A stretch of DNA of 64,000 bases. It comes from Balanoglossus misakiensis (lineage: Eukaryota; Animalia; Hemichordata). Both the position numbers and the translations under genes were made by a program. The DNA lies in contig CM082593.2 in NCBI GenBank assembly GCA_040954595.2, forward strand, positions 5,907,434-5,971,433, written 5' to 3'. Positions 26,102 to 38,883 of the stretch are shown piece by piece; within the stretch, counting starts at the first letter, position 1; every line of letters starts with the position of its first letter. Under the pieces are notes generated by a model. The model worked only from the letters and a program-made list of their open reading frames with translations. It was not told the origin of the DNA and made no database searches.

Positions 26102-29100
26102 ACTATGTTCCTCAGAAGCCCGATTCCCTGGTCTCATTACATTTATCACTGGCCATCGTAGATGCTGTCATTAAAGCCCGGCTCGCTGTCCTCCTGGGAT
26201 TGCCAGCACTTCCATATCAATGTAGCCTCGTCAATTTGTTATTGTTAGACTAATCAGAAAACGATTCATTTCATTTCATCGCCCCCTACCACCTGTCAAT
26301 CAAAATCAGCCGGGAAGAGCGGTAGTTTATGCGGTGACATCCGGACAAATCACACAACAATTGCGATGGATTACCGCCATCACCTGACATTGCAACCGTC
26401 GCCCTGACAGTTCAGTGCATGTGTAGCGATTTACAGGATGACACAGCATTCTACGCAGAGATAAACATTCGATCGTAGACCCCGATTCGTGGACCGTCTT
26501 TCTGGCCAATGTTCCAATCATCTTAAAGATATTGTGATTATTTTTGGTGCCAGCTGTAGTCTCACGGGAGAAGCGAGATCTTGTGAGTCTTTGCAATTTG
26601 TTAAGCAGAACATATATATATAAATTAAAATGACCAAATAAATCACATCTATAAGACCGACTCTAGCCCTTTAAGCCACAGTATGTATCATTAATAGTAG
26701 ACATAACAAAATGTCAACCCTTCGAGAATATACTTCTGGTGTTGCCATAAAATAATCACAAGCACCTTGTGTGTTTTTTAATTACCATCGAAGCGAGTTT
26801 CGTGGAAACCAAAGGTGTTTTGTGTCGGATATAGCAGTACACATAAACGCCCCATGGCACAAGCAGACATTGGGAAAGATCGAAAGCTTTTACTAAGAAC
26901 ACTTCTGAGCAAATTTTCCGAGCCAAACACCTTGTGTCGAGGCGTGAAACATAATGTTTCATGCTCTGTGTGTACAGCGACACCTTATGGAAATAAATAA
27001 ATAAAAAGTGACGAGGTTTTAGGTTTAAAATTTAATGATATTTGAAATGCGAATACCCTCTCCTGGCACTGTCGTAAATCATTCATCTCACCTTGTCACG
27101 ATTATTGTTTAACGAGTGTAACCCTGAGCAGTCGGTCATGTTTACGAGTGACTCGCGTGAACCAATGGCGCTGTGATATGTTCTGATGGCCTCGATGAGT
27201 ATGGGCAGACCCATTTAAATCCCGCCAAATCAATAACACAAATTATCGGTTTGCCCTAAAATCTTTTAAATTAAGAATTTTCTGTCAGAAATTGAAGAAT
27301 GTGTTTATGACCCACTAGTGTTTCGATAACTTGGAAAGGCAGGGGCGCCAATTTCCAACCTGGTCATTAAACTCTATAGTCAGGGAAAATTTCGCGCCAT
27401 AAAAGTGGTATCATAGCCATGACCGAAATAAGTAACAACTCCTCTGAGTATACGGCAAATACGTTACATTAAAAAGGGCGGGAAAAGTAGCGCGTTTTCA
27501 CGCGGTCGTGCAACTGTCCGTCGGCTGTCACGTGATGCTGTAAACAATGATTTGTGTTTTTAGGCTGTAATGATGCATTTCGTAGAAATCATAAATGTCG
27601 TCCATACGGCATGCCTTGGTAAGCACAATAACATTGAGTAGTTACATGAAGTATGCAACTAAACGTAAAGAGATTGCGAATTTCCCTCGGTTAGACAGAG
27701 CAGAGGCCATTTTATTAAGATTTTTGTTTGAAAAGCACAGCAGTCACTTGTGATACTTTTTGTTGAAAAGTTATTAGCAATCCCACCCAGGTTGCGATGT
27801 ATGAGTTGTCAATTATGGCGCCATTTTTCAGGTCGCGCTGTGGACAGATGCGTGGCACAAAATTTCCCGCCAACACTTTCACGAGAAGCTTGCATAACAA
27901 CATTGGCAGAAAAAAATGAAACGCCGGCGTGAGCTTGCATTAATTTTGTCAGATCTCAAAGGAAGCGTGTGACTGCCGGCTCCTATAACCGCCTCTATAT
28001 AAAAAGTAATCATTAGATCGATAAAACCGCATAAAATCGCTGTCGTGAGATTTCAGAGATTACGGCGCAACAACTGTCGTTTAAAAACACGTGTAATCAC
28101 AGATAGGGGGATGCAGCTCTTGTGGATTGTTTGAAAATAGTTAGCAAATAAGCAAAAACATTTAAATCAGCAATTAGCAAAATATTGAACAATGGAGAAA
28201 ATGGACAGGTCCGTTTTAACCGGATTTACTTGAGTTACATGCGGTTACTCGACGAGATAGACATTTGTACAGAAAAGTTTACCAAGTCGAGATTTCCCCC
28301 AAAATAATTATTCGCAGGTAGTTATAGAATAGCATTACCTACTTTTAGACTGATAACGTCTGCATTATCGGCTTCGGGTTGGAAGCAAATTTACTTTGGA
28401 AAAGGAGCACATTTTTTCACTATTTATCAAATTGTGTCGTGCTGTATACAGGTACATCCGGGTTTCTTTGTTATGTCTGGCGGGAGCTGTGTCTGTAATT
28501 CCACGCGCCATCTTTTATCATAATGTATGTTGGCGCCCTTGTCGGCCTTTATTTGATGATTTAGTTAACCGGATTGTGTCTTTCCTTTCTGGCTTAATAC
28601 TATCAAATCGTGTTTGGCATGAGCGAAAGTGTGTTTGACTTTCCACGCTAATTATCGCTTGTTTTACACATTCGTGACTGACACCCAACTTATTGATTCT
28701 GTCACTCGGAGAAAATGGAATTTTCAAGCGATCTAAGTGAGGACGACGTTATGTGCGTATCGCCGTCGCCTTTATGGTTTACCGCCGCCTAACACCCCTG
28801 ACACGCGTTTCTACTTAAATATTGGAGGCAGATGCGGGGAGCCCCCGGGTTGTCAGGCGATGTTTCATGCTTTGTTGTCTAATTGCTATGAGCGATGATC
28901 TTGTGCTCCGACTTCCAGAAAACGAACGTACTGTTTCAATCAGATTGATAATTGATGGGTGTCAGCCGTATGAAACACTGAAGACAGTCAATCAAGCCGT
29001 TGGCAGCGCTTTAATTCAACTTTACTGGCAGTTCCTTGTTGTCATTATTTTTTGCTATCTTCCATTCGCCCTCTATCTAGTTTATTACGCTCGTTGCGAG

Positions 29101-32100
29101 CTTTGAATCTTAAATCTAATTTCGTTTAATCATAAAGCGGGGCCTAAGTGTGCTCGTTGAATGGCGCTGTCAGAATTTTCTTAATCCAAACCCAGCAAAC
29201 GGCTTCCTTTTATCATAGAGCATTTCTTTTTCTTTAAGGAGGTAGTAAATCAGTCTTGACAAACTAATCGGATTTTTCGGAAACTTGTCAAATTTGTTCA
29301 ACGAAGCCTTCTTTACCGGGGTCTTATGGGAGACGGGCTGCGGGGATTGTGGGTAATAAGATGTCACTTCGCGTCGATGTCGCTGGCTTGCGAAAACTAA
29401 GCGGTCTCAGAGGACAGACAGTGTCAGTATAAATTCGCAGTGGTCTTTATTTATCCACGACTCGACATTTTAATTTGGACTATTATCTCCCGTCTTCACG
29501 ACATCAGATTGATTGCTTAGACATCTCGTCATTTCTCGCGGGAGTTCCCGAATTCCGAAGCTTCGCAGCGCAAGCGACAATGGTGCGCACAAAGCTGCAG
29601 CTTTGCTGCGATTCACGGTGATATCCGCTGTCGTCTGCCTCCATCTCTCTCCTTGTTGATAGTCCATCCATCACTCCAAGCTGATTTGCCCACAGCGTTT
29701 TTACGCCTGTTTGATCACGTTAATGTTTAATTTGTAATATTTCTCATCCTGTCGCTTCCGAGCCAAGTTCAACTCGTAAAAACGATGCCTCTAATCCGTC
29801 GACACATCCCTTTGAGTATTTTATCTAGTATGGAATATAACATTATTTTTCTATAATCTTTTTATAAGATTAGCATCCTTCCTTTTTGGTCTCCGAGACC
29901 TCGTGGACGTCTACAGGCCGCGGGGTCTTAATATTATTGTAGTATGGGGCTTTTCTCGGAGACAAATTTCAGGAAATATGAAAATCCAGAACGATAAATC
30001 TATTTTTGCATGCGTTTATCATTTTGAAAGCTAAAAAGCGAAGCGAGCGTGTTCCATCTTGTTTGGGTGGACACGATTCAAAATACGGTGCGGCATTATC
30101 GTTCTAAATATTGCTGACGGTTCTCGAAATCCAAAATAGCCGCTTCTCATTTTTATAAGCGAACAGCGTCAGGTGCAATTAAAATAGATGGGAGCAAAGG
30201 CTCAGGGCTTTAATTTCTGTAATGCACGCATTAAAGACAAAAAGTTGCGGAACGTGACTCGATTGTAGGCCGCCTCTTTGCCGCCAAAAGAACAAACGGC
30301 AAAATAATCAGCGTAAAGAAATTGTTATTCTTCATCAGGGTCAGTTTTAAGGCTTTCAAAGGTATACAGCTACCACGCAGAAAGATTAAATCGATCTTTG
30401 AATTTCAGATTCCAGTGTGTTCTTTGTGGAGGTAAAATGTGTTAGGTTTTTAGGCGGGAAAGGAATAATACTTGTCGTTCGGAACTATCACCGCCATGTC
30501 CATGCGTGTGTTTCCCGCACATGGCGGCCCCCGACAGCTTTCACGAACGGGTCACGTTCACTTCTGGGATCGATAAGCCCATTAAAGTCGTAAAATGATT
30601 TTTCTTGTCATATCAAGAGCTGGATAGAACATTACATCAAAATTTATGGAATTATAATGGGGACGGGTCTCGTGTTATACAAAATTGATGAGTTTTTCGC
30701 ATTTTGGTAATTTGCCGGCGACACCTCGGCCACAAAAGCGTGACTAATTCGCTGTTTCCTCGCCTTCAGCCAAATGTGCAGCGAATCGGTCAGCCTAAAC
30801 AGCCTCGCCTTACAAGCAACAACAGTGTCAAAAACGCTTCGAACAACACACACTTTACGCGGTTTGCAAAATGGAACCGAGCAATCTGGAAGGGTCAAAA
30901 TAGGTCGATATCTTTCATTTTGATGACTTTTTCTGCCCCTGGGCCTAAGATTCACAGTGCATGAATTGAGGTTTTGCACAATGCAAAAATTAACGCGTTC
31001 TTGTTTTGTTTTTCTTGTCTAACACACAAGATTCGAAACGCAGTGCAATTAAAGGGCCACTGTCTTCAACTTCTGGTTGTTTTTCTGTATTTTTTTTCGT
31101 GTACGTGTCTCAACTACATTTTCTGGTTCTTCTAAACATTAAATGGTTGATATTCAGTAGACAAAATACTGAAAAAGTAGTCAAAATTTAAAGACATTGA
31201 AGCTTTAATGATAATTTAAAATGGCTCGATTTAAATAGGGAGAAGAGATCACATATTCACAAAAACGTCATATCCGTGTCTAATCGTCTGGGTAAAGCAA
31301 CCAATAGCTATCTTGAAAACTATAACTTTGTGCTAGCCTCGCTTTAAAATTAAGTTTGCTCACAAAAAGTGCACCTAAAAGCGCAAATAAAACATCGGTC
31401 CGTTTCTTCTCATTCTGTTTCCATAAAGAAATTGGGCGGTAAATTGATCGCACGAGAGAAGACTAGCTTCACAAAAATGCCCCGATTCGATATAACGATA
31501 TTAACACTATCGGTGTTAACATGACGCAATGTGAGCATTAAGAAATACATTTGCAATTTCAAGCCTCACGATTATAAATCAGCGGCCCATTTCATTTGGT
31601 TGAAATAACCGGATAATTTTTCTAACATCTTTTGACAGAATAATGGCGAAAATCAGGCGGCGCGCTAATGACTGGCGGCAACGGGTGTGTGTTTTACACT
31701 TCGCCAATTAAAGGAACCGATGCGCGGAATCTATAAGTTTTATTTCACCCACACCTGCCTTCGCTGCAGAAAATGGCCACGCTTTCTTGAAAGAACACCC
31801 AAGTTTCAGTTGACTGTAGGGCTGTTGTCATAGCGACGCATGCATCAGTGCGACTTGTGGCCACCATTAACGAAAATTGGGTTCATACCGCCAGTCAGAA
31901 ATCGATGAACTTTGGAAAATGGCAGGGAAACGAAGGAAAGGCATCTGTCATGTGATATGTTTTGGCGAAGACTTTGAAATGCGCTCTGTGTTACTGCGCA
32001 GATTGCGCTTTTACGTTTAGGAAAACGAGGTAAACGTTTTTTTTATCAAAACACAAGCGTTTAAAAAATCTTCCGCGTTTGTTCGTTTGTTATTTTTGAG

Positions 32101-35100
32101 TGGAAGCCAGCGGTTTTGCTTTTGTGTTTTCGAATCCTTAAATCAAACCTTTGTTAGGTCATATCATTATTCGAAATTCAGATCTTTCACAAACCCCCAT
32201 TACCACAACAGTGTAACCATATGCATAATCATATCCTCTACTGTGTATGACAGAACTCGCCATACTGGTTACCAAATGGTTGCCAAAGCAAAGTCAAAGG
32301 TCGATTACCTTTCCTGCAATCAGTCTGAAGAGGTCTCCTCTCTGTGGGAAAAGAACAGTCTACAGCCCATATTGGCCTGGAAACGCCATTAAAAGTCATT
32401 TCTTTCAACAGTCTATAGAGATCTTACCCACTTTTGTAACGTAATGTGATACATAAGTCTGCGCATGACCAGATAACAAGTGAAATTATTTCCGACAGAA
32501 ACTGTCGCCAGACACCGACCGCCGCCTTTTTTTTCGTAAACATGCAAAACGCGGGAACGCACTCCGGCGAGTATGCAGCTCGCCAATTTGTGCCGTCTGC
32601 GTGAATTGTATGATCGTTGCGTTTCTACTGACACTAAGGAGAACTCTATACATCACGCTACATCTTAATAATAGATTAAAATTTATAATGGAGTCAATTC
32701 GACTGTAATGCTGTTGACGCTCCCGTCTCTTGCCTTTTAAACTTTCTTTCCATTCACGGCATCGCCATCTGTACGATTAATCACTCGTGGCAAAGACGGA
32801 TTGCCGTCCTCATTTTTTCCAGCGATCGTAATGACCGCCTGCGGCACTATTGTGAAGACAAAATGTAAGATATAGTAAGCCCCCTTAACTCAGTGTCAGT
32901 GACGTATTGTTCGCAATTTCATCTTTTATCTTAATTTATTATGCCTGGCATTGTAGGAGTAGGTGCTGAATTGTAACCAGCTTAGAATCCTCCCTGTCTG
33001 TCTGTGTCTGTCTGTCTCTCTTCCTCCCTCTCCGAGGCTCTCCCCTCCCCCCCCCTCTCTCTCTCACTCACTCTCCAACCCTCTAGCTACGTCATGGCAG
33101 GGATGAAAAGACGGATGACTTCTTGTGTCCGAAAAAGCTTCACTTTCTGGCACCTTTCTCATGGAAGTCGTCGACGTCCTTCTTAGTAATTTCCACCGCC
33201 TTAACGTTATTATCTGTTTATAAATAGGCCTACATCGTACGATTCGTGACTAATGTTGAAATCAATCGTAACTTAGTTTGTGAGTGTTTTATGTCGACTG
33301 AAATTCGATGGAAAATAAACGTGTTTAATTTTTTTACCTCAGGGAAAATTCAGCGGTATTTTTGAACTTGAACAGTCGTGGCGGTGGACAAAGCTGCCCC
33401 CTGGCAAAATGCTATACAGTATTCAAGGCTGTGATGTTATCCCTTTGGCTTGTTCTATTACTCCGGATTCTTTGTGAAAAGGTTCCCCTTTAATTCTCAG
33501 TGGTCCATACTTTTAGACTTAGCATAATCAACTTTCGTCCCGGACCATGAACTCCCAGTCAAGTAAGTCTAGTCCGTCTGGGGTGCAGCACTTGAGCGTT
33601 AAGCCTGCTAACTGCTTGGGGATGGCTCCGCTTTCCTATTGAGACGCGATGAACGCCAATACTAGTAGCAAATGTTGCGTGTCGTCTGAAACGTGCTTTG
33701 TGGAACTCTAATTATTGCCAAGGCTACAGGTCATGGTGAACTTCAACTTTAGATATTCCCCTATTAAAGGACGAGAATGATCAATCCAGTCCTATGCGAG
33801 GGTGCCATTCTGAAAGATTGACAGGTTTAATAGCAAGCTAGTTTGACCCACTCTTTAGCTGGGGTCCACTAACTTCTAAGATGTTTTTCAGGGCTCTATT
33901 ATATCTTCCTATAATTAGAAGGCACTACAAAGGAGCTCGCTAATGTCATTTACACACTACTTAATCTTCCTGAAACGGCGTTACAAAGGAATCATGCCAA
34001 AGAAATCACTTCAAACGATTTGCCGACAGCCTCCGAGCATTACGTACTTTCCCTTTTGTTCGGCTAAGCACACACTGAGGCCTTTTGCCGCCAAGATTTC
34101 GCCGAAAATTGTCGTTCGCTCGAGTTTTTTGGACGAATTTAGACCCACTTACCGCGAACCCACGTAACGTGATATCGATGAAGGGATACGTGATGAAAAT
34201 TAACGATAAAATGCCCTGAATTGGCAAAATTATTGCGCCTTTGAAATCGAAAGTCGGCTTCTTCTACGTACTGAAGCTATTGGGAGATACGAGGCAGTCG
34301 ACGGCTATGATTGATGGATTGATGTATAGCATGGTGACGTATTTATCAAGTGTTGAGCACAACCATTTTATCACAGCAAACGACCACGAAGATTGATGAC
34401 GCTTATCGCCTTCTGATCTTTCCCGACTTCTTACTCACTGGAGTCGGGTAATGCAAACAAACTAATGCGATGACTGATCGCTGTGACAAATCCTCAAATT
34501 GAAGCCGAAATTTGCGCCGTTTTTATCGGTATTTGTCGGAGACAGGAAAGCCGCGTTGGAGGTTAACTGAGTAATTATTGTTATTGCCGTGTTTCGCTCT
34601 CCAACTGCGCTCATTTTTAGTTTTATTTGTCGTTTATGGAGGCAGTTCACAGCGCGCTTTTTGCTCCCTGTCGTTCGACTATTCGCCAGACATGAAAGCA
34701 CGTTGATGTCAAGTACGCTGTGGGTTGGGAAACAGTCAACCATTTAATATATCTATCGAAACTGACATTTGCATTCTCCAACGCCTCTTTCGCTGCGGAT
34801 TTCAAACGCGATTTTCAGATGAGAAAAAAACCGACTTGCTCTGCGTTTGCAGAAAAATGCACTTCAATTTGCCTTCGACTCGTTTTTTTGTCAGAGAAGA
34901 GTGGGGTTATTTCGTTAAAAAGAGCGAATTTGTCACAAATTGCTTCTAATATAATTACGGCTTTAACATTTTTATGCTACACCAACGGGCATCCGAGTGC
35001 ACGGTAAAAAGGCAAAGCATTGTTTGGCTGAGGTTTTTTTATTTTTCTCAACTGAGACGTGGAATTCCTGGGGCGCAATCTCAAAATTGTTGGGAAGCTT

Positions 35101-36588
35101 AGCGAAGGTAGACAATAACAGGCGATGGTAATTCGAACAGTGATTTGAAATATGCAAATAGCCTAGATGAATATCATGAAACGATACTGTACGTCCTGAT
35201 TCAGATGGCAGAAACGCTAGTTGATGGTACGGAGTTTCTATCTGACATTTATCCAATGACCGAAAAATTAGATTATTCGACCAAAGTGACACCGCCAAGA
35301 AAGCTGTCATGTGATATCAATCAGCCCCGTTGACATGGCAACAGCGTGATTGTTGCTGTCATCGCTCATATCCCATTACCGTGGCCGACTTTGACCTCTG
35401 ACCCGGCGACGTTTAAGCTTGCAGCGCAGCGCCGAGTAACCCAAACCGCTGAAGTGACGACGTGTTGTCTTATCATCTCCATAGCAACACAGTCATCCGA
35501 GTGCAAAACAGGCAAACTTCTTTCCAAGAACCTCAATTATAAATAAACGTCGTCCCTCGCGAATCGCTTGAGTCGTCGATTAACAGTTATATGCATTTTT
35601 GTCTGCTTTTTGCAAACTTTGAAAATGTTAGCCCCCCTCCCCCACCCCCGAAATATGCCCCCAGGTTCAAGTTAGTCGCTGCGTTTGGGAAAGTACGTGT
35701 ATGAAGATCGCAGTACGCCCATGCGCGGAACTATATCCCTCCATCAGGCGACGGATCCCGGCGTTTCCACAACTCGTAACATAAAAGAACGGGTCAGGTC
35801 TTCCTTCAAGGCTGGTAATATTTTCTCCATTTAGTAATAAAGTCTGCAAGTTGCCTTAAGCCGAATAAGATATGAATTTGATGGCTTTTACTGACAACAC
35901 CGATCGATCTAATCGAATCCCTTCTCCTTAATCTTTATTGGCTGATACGTATAAATGAATTCAGGTTTTTTTTTCCAGGGGTCTTGACAAAGTGTCTGCA
36001 GCCAAGATTAGTTGAAATAAAAAACGAGAGTCGCTGTGACAAGGGGGAAAACTGAGTATCAACAGCTAATGAAAAAATCCATAAATGATGGCTTATTTTG
36101 ACAGGAATCAAAAAACGGTGTAAAATAATTGCCGTTAGCAGCCCGGCCGCTATAAATTACATTGAGTAATGAGTCATCTATCAATTCAACTGTTATTATG
36201 GGGTTTATGGTCACTTTGATTTATAGAATTTCATATGTTCAAAATAACGGGCGAAGCTCAATCGATTGAGTGCATCCGATTTACTCCCCAGTAGGCGTAC
36301 AGACGAAGAATATTAATGCTTTGTATTTCTAGGAGTGATTTTTTACACGACCCGCGTTTTGTTTGTGACTTACGAGCGCTGCTTCGTTCGCGACTGATGG
36401 GTCGTGACTTTTGACGTCGTGGGGTGTTTTGTCGGAATCAAAACTTGTAAAACTTTTATCCCTGTCATAAAAATACATTTCAATAGACAATCGTTTACAG
36501 ATAAGAGTTGGATAGATACACATGATTAATATATAGATATACAAATAGATTTATAAATAGATGGGCCCATATAGTACAAACGAGCAAA

Positions 36589-36751
36589 CATAGATGCATA
36601 GATAGATACATAGATACATAGATACATAGATACATACACACATACACACATACATACATACATACATAGATACATACATAGATACATAGATACATAGATA
36701 CATAGATACATACATACATACATACATACATACATACATACATACATACAT

Positions 36752-36806
<55 letters not shown>

Positions 36807-37291
36807 TACATACATACATACATACATACATACATACATACATACATACATACATACATACATACATACATACATACATACATACATACATACATACATA
36901 CATACATACATACATACATACATACATACATACATACATACATACATACATACATACATACATACATACATACATACATACATACATACATACATACATA
37001 CATACATACATACATACATACATACATACATACATACATACATACATACATACATACATACATACATACATACATACATACATACATACATACATACATA
37101 CATACATACATACATACATACATACATACATACATACATACATACATACATACATACATACATACATACATACATACATACATACATACATACATACATA
37201 CATACATACATACATACATACATACATACATACATACATACATACATACATACATACATACATACATACATACATACATACATACATACAT
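36589..37291. repeat. ~700-bp (CATA)n microsatellite with CATAGATA variants and an internal (CA)n run
   Basis: Pure CATA from about 36801 to 37291; (CA)n at about 36767-36800; degenerate left end. Explains the MYVC-repeat ORFs in the track. Confidence 0.97.
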
Positions 37292-38833
37292 CATGGATGC
37301 TCATGTACGCTCAGAGGAAATAACTAATAAATAATTCATTTATCAAAGTAAAAACATGCCATCAAATACAAAATATGACTCTTTTTAACAGGTGATTTAC
37401 TTCTGACTGATATTAACATTTTAATATTTTACATACTGCCATCATCATCATAAATAACATGTAATGGAGTCACCTCGGAATGATGACCAGGGTAAAGTTG
37501 GCGAATCGTTAATCCGTAGGAGTTCCTGGATGTTGCGCAAAGTAATAATACAATTGTAGACATTTTATATTCCAGGGACCTGTAGTTGTATTTTGCAGGG
37601 CGGGAGGGGGGGGGGGCTCGATAACGTATTTTGTGCTTAGCATAGATATATTAATCTTCCACTGGATATTAATTTTGCAGAGACCATAAACAAATATACA
37701 GAAAGTAGAAAAATACCATTAATGCACGACACAGTCGTTTTAATACTATGGAGAATGAAACACGTGGTGCATTAAATAGGGCGCATCTGGAATTTATTTA
37801 ATCATTTATTTTCAATCCCGAGTCGTGACCTACAAATAAAGCGATTTACTTTAACGTTGTTCTTTGTGGCCTTTAAGAGGAGGGCTTTAAAACGACGTCA
37901 ATTTCAATGGTGTAAGTTCAACATCCAATGACAATGAAACTATCACTTTGAGCGGGAGACGGCGGATGGATCGACGTTGCCGCCACAAATTAGCAACACG
38001 TCATCACGACGTGTGTGTAGCACCTATAGTTTGGGTGTGCATGATGTATTGCTTGTCATTACCGCGCTACGTTGATAAATAATTCAGCGTTCCCGGATGA
38101 TGCATGGCTTTATTTCAAGCTACATCTAGATAGATGAACTTCGCGTAAGACAGATTGATAATATAATATTAAAGTAATAAAATAAATCGATGATTTATGA
38201 GGTAAATGTTCTCAATCTCTCTCCATAATTGAAGAGAACAAAGGAATAATGGGATGCTTATCTGACAGCGATGGCCTCGACAATAAGCACCGATAAATGC
38301 CGCCAAATTTACCTCTATCCCAGATGGGTACATGTGACGATGTTCCCCCATCCATCTTCCCGTTGACCGATGATCGCAATCTGACACACTCCCCCCCCCC
38401 CCGTTTCTGGTATTATTACATCCACCCGTTGGAGGGGGAGATTGAGATAGAGCGACGCATCCTGTGTCAAGTATGTGGTGTTATTCGCCTGTTGATAAGA
38501 GGAGCAATCCTCAACTAGTGATGTGTTATCTGTGATAATAACATCGGTGCAACTCGTTACCTGTGTCTGATTAAACAGAGTTTGCAGTACTTTGTTTGCG
38601 TAGTAGTTACGCAGCTACGCATTTCAAGAATTACTGTGATTAATGATACGATTTCGATGGTAATGGTCGTTACATTATTTTAAGTAACGATTTTATTAAG
38701 TGCACTTGAAGTTATCGTTATCTCTTTTCGACCAACCAAGCAACAACCAACCAGCCGAGCGAGCGACCTACCAATCACTAGTCAGTCAGTCAGTCAATCG
38801 ACCAAACCACCCACCCATCCAAAAAAATACCGA

Positions 38834-38883
38834 CCCACAGATTGATCAATCGATCGATCCCACAGACTGATCAATCGATCGAT
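38834..38883. repeat. 25-bp tandem duplication within degenerate tetranucleotide sequence
   Basis: cccacagattgatcaatcgatcgat followed by cccacagactgatcaatcgatcgat. Confidence 0.85.

Noticed and set aside
28822-29106. SDDLVLRLP resembling LRMDA GDDLVLPGLP
   Set aside because: Flanking residues do not fit a leucine-rich repeat and there are no exon boundaries; likely chance.
35667-35849. LRR-like peptide NLQTLLLNGENITSLEG
   Set aside because: The conserved Asn is off register, no good donor follows and no partner exons were found.
36495-37304. Three long MYVC-repeat ORFs
   Set aside because: Translation of the (TATG)n microsatellite.
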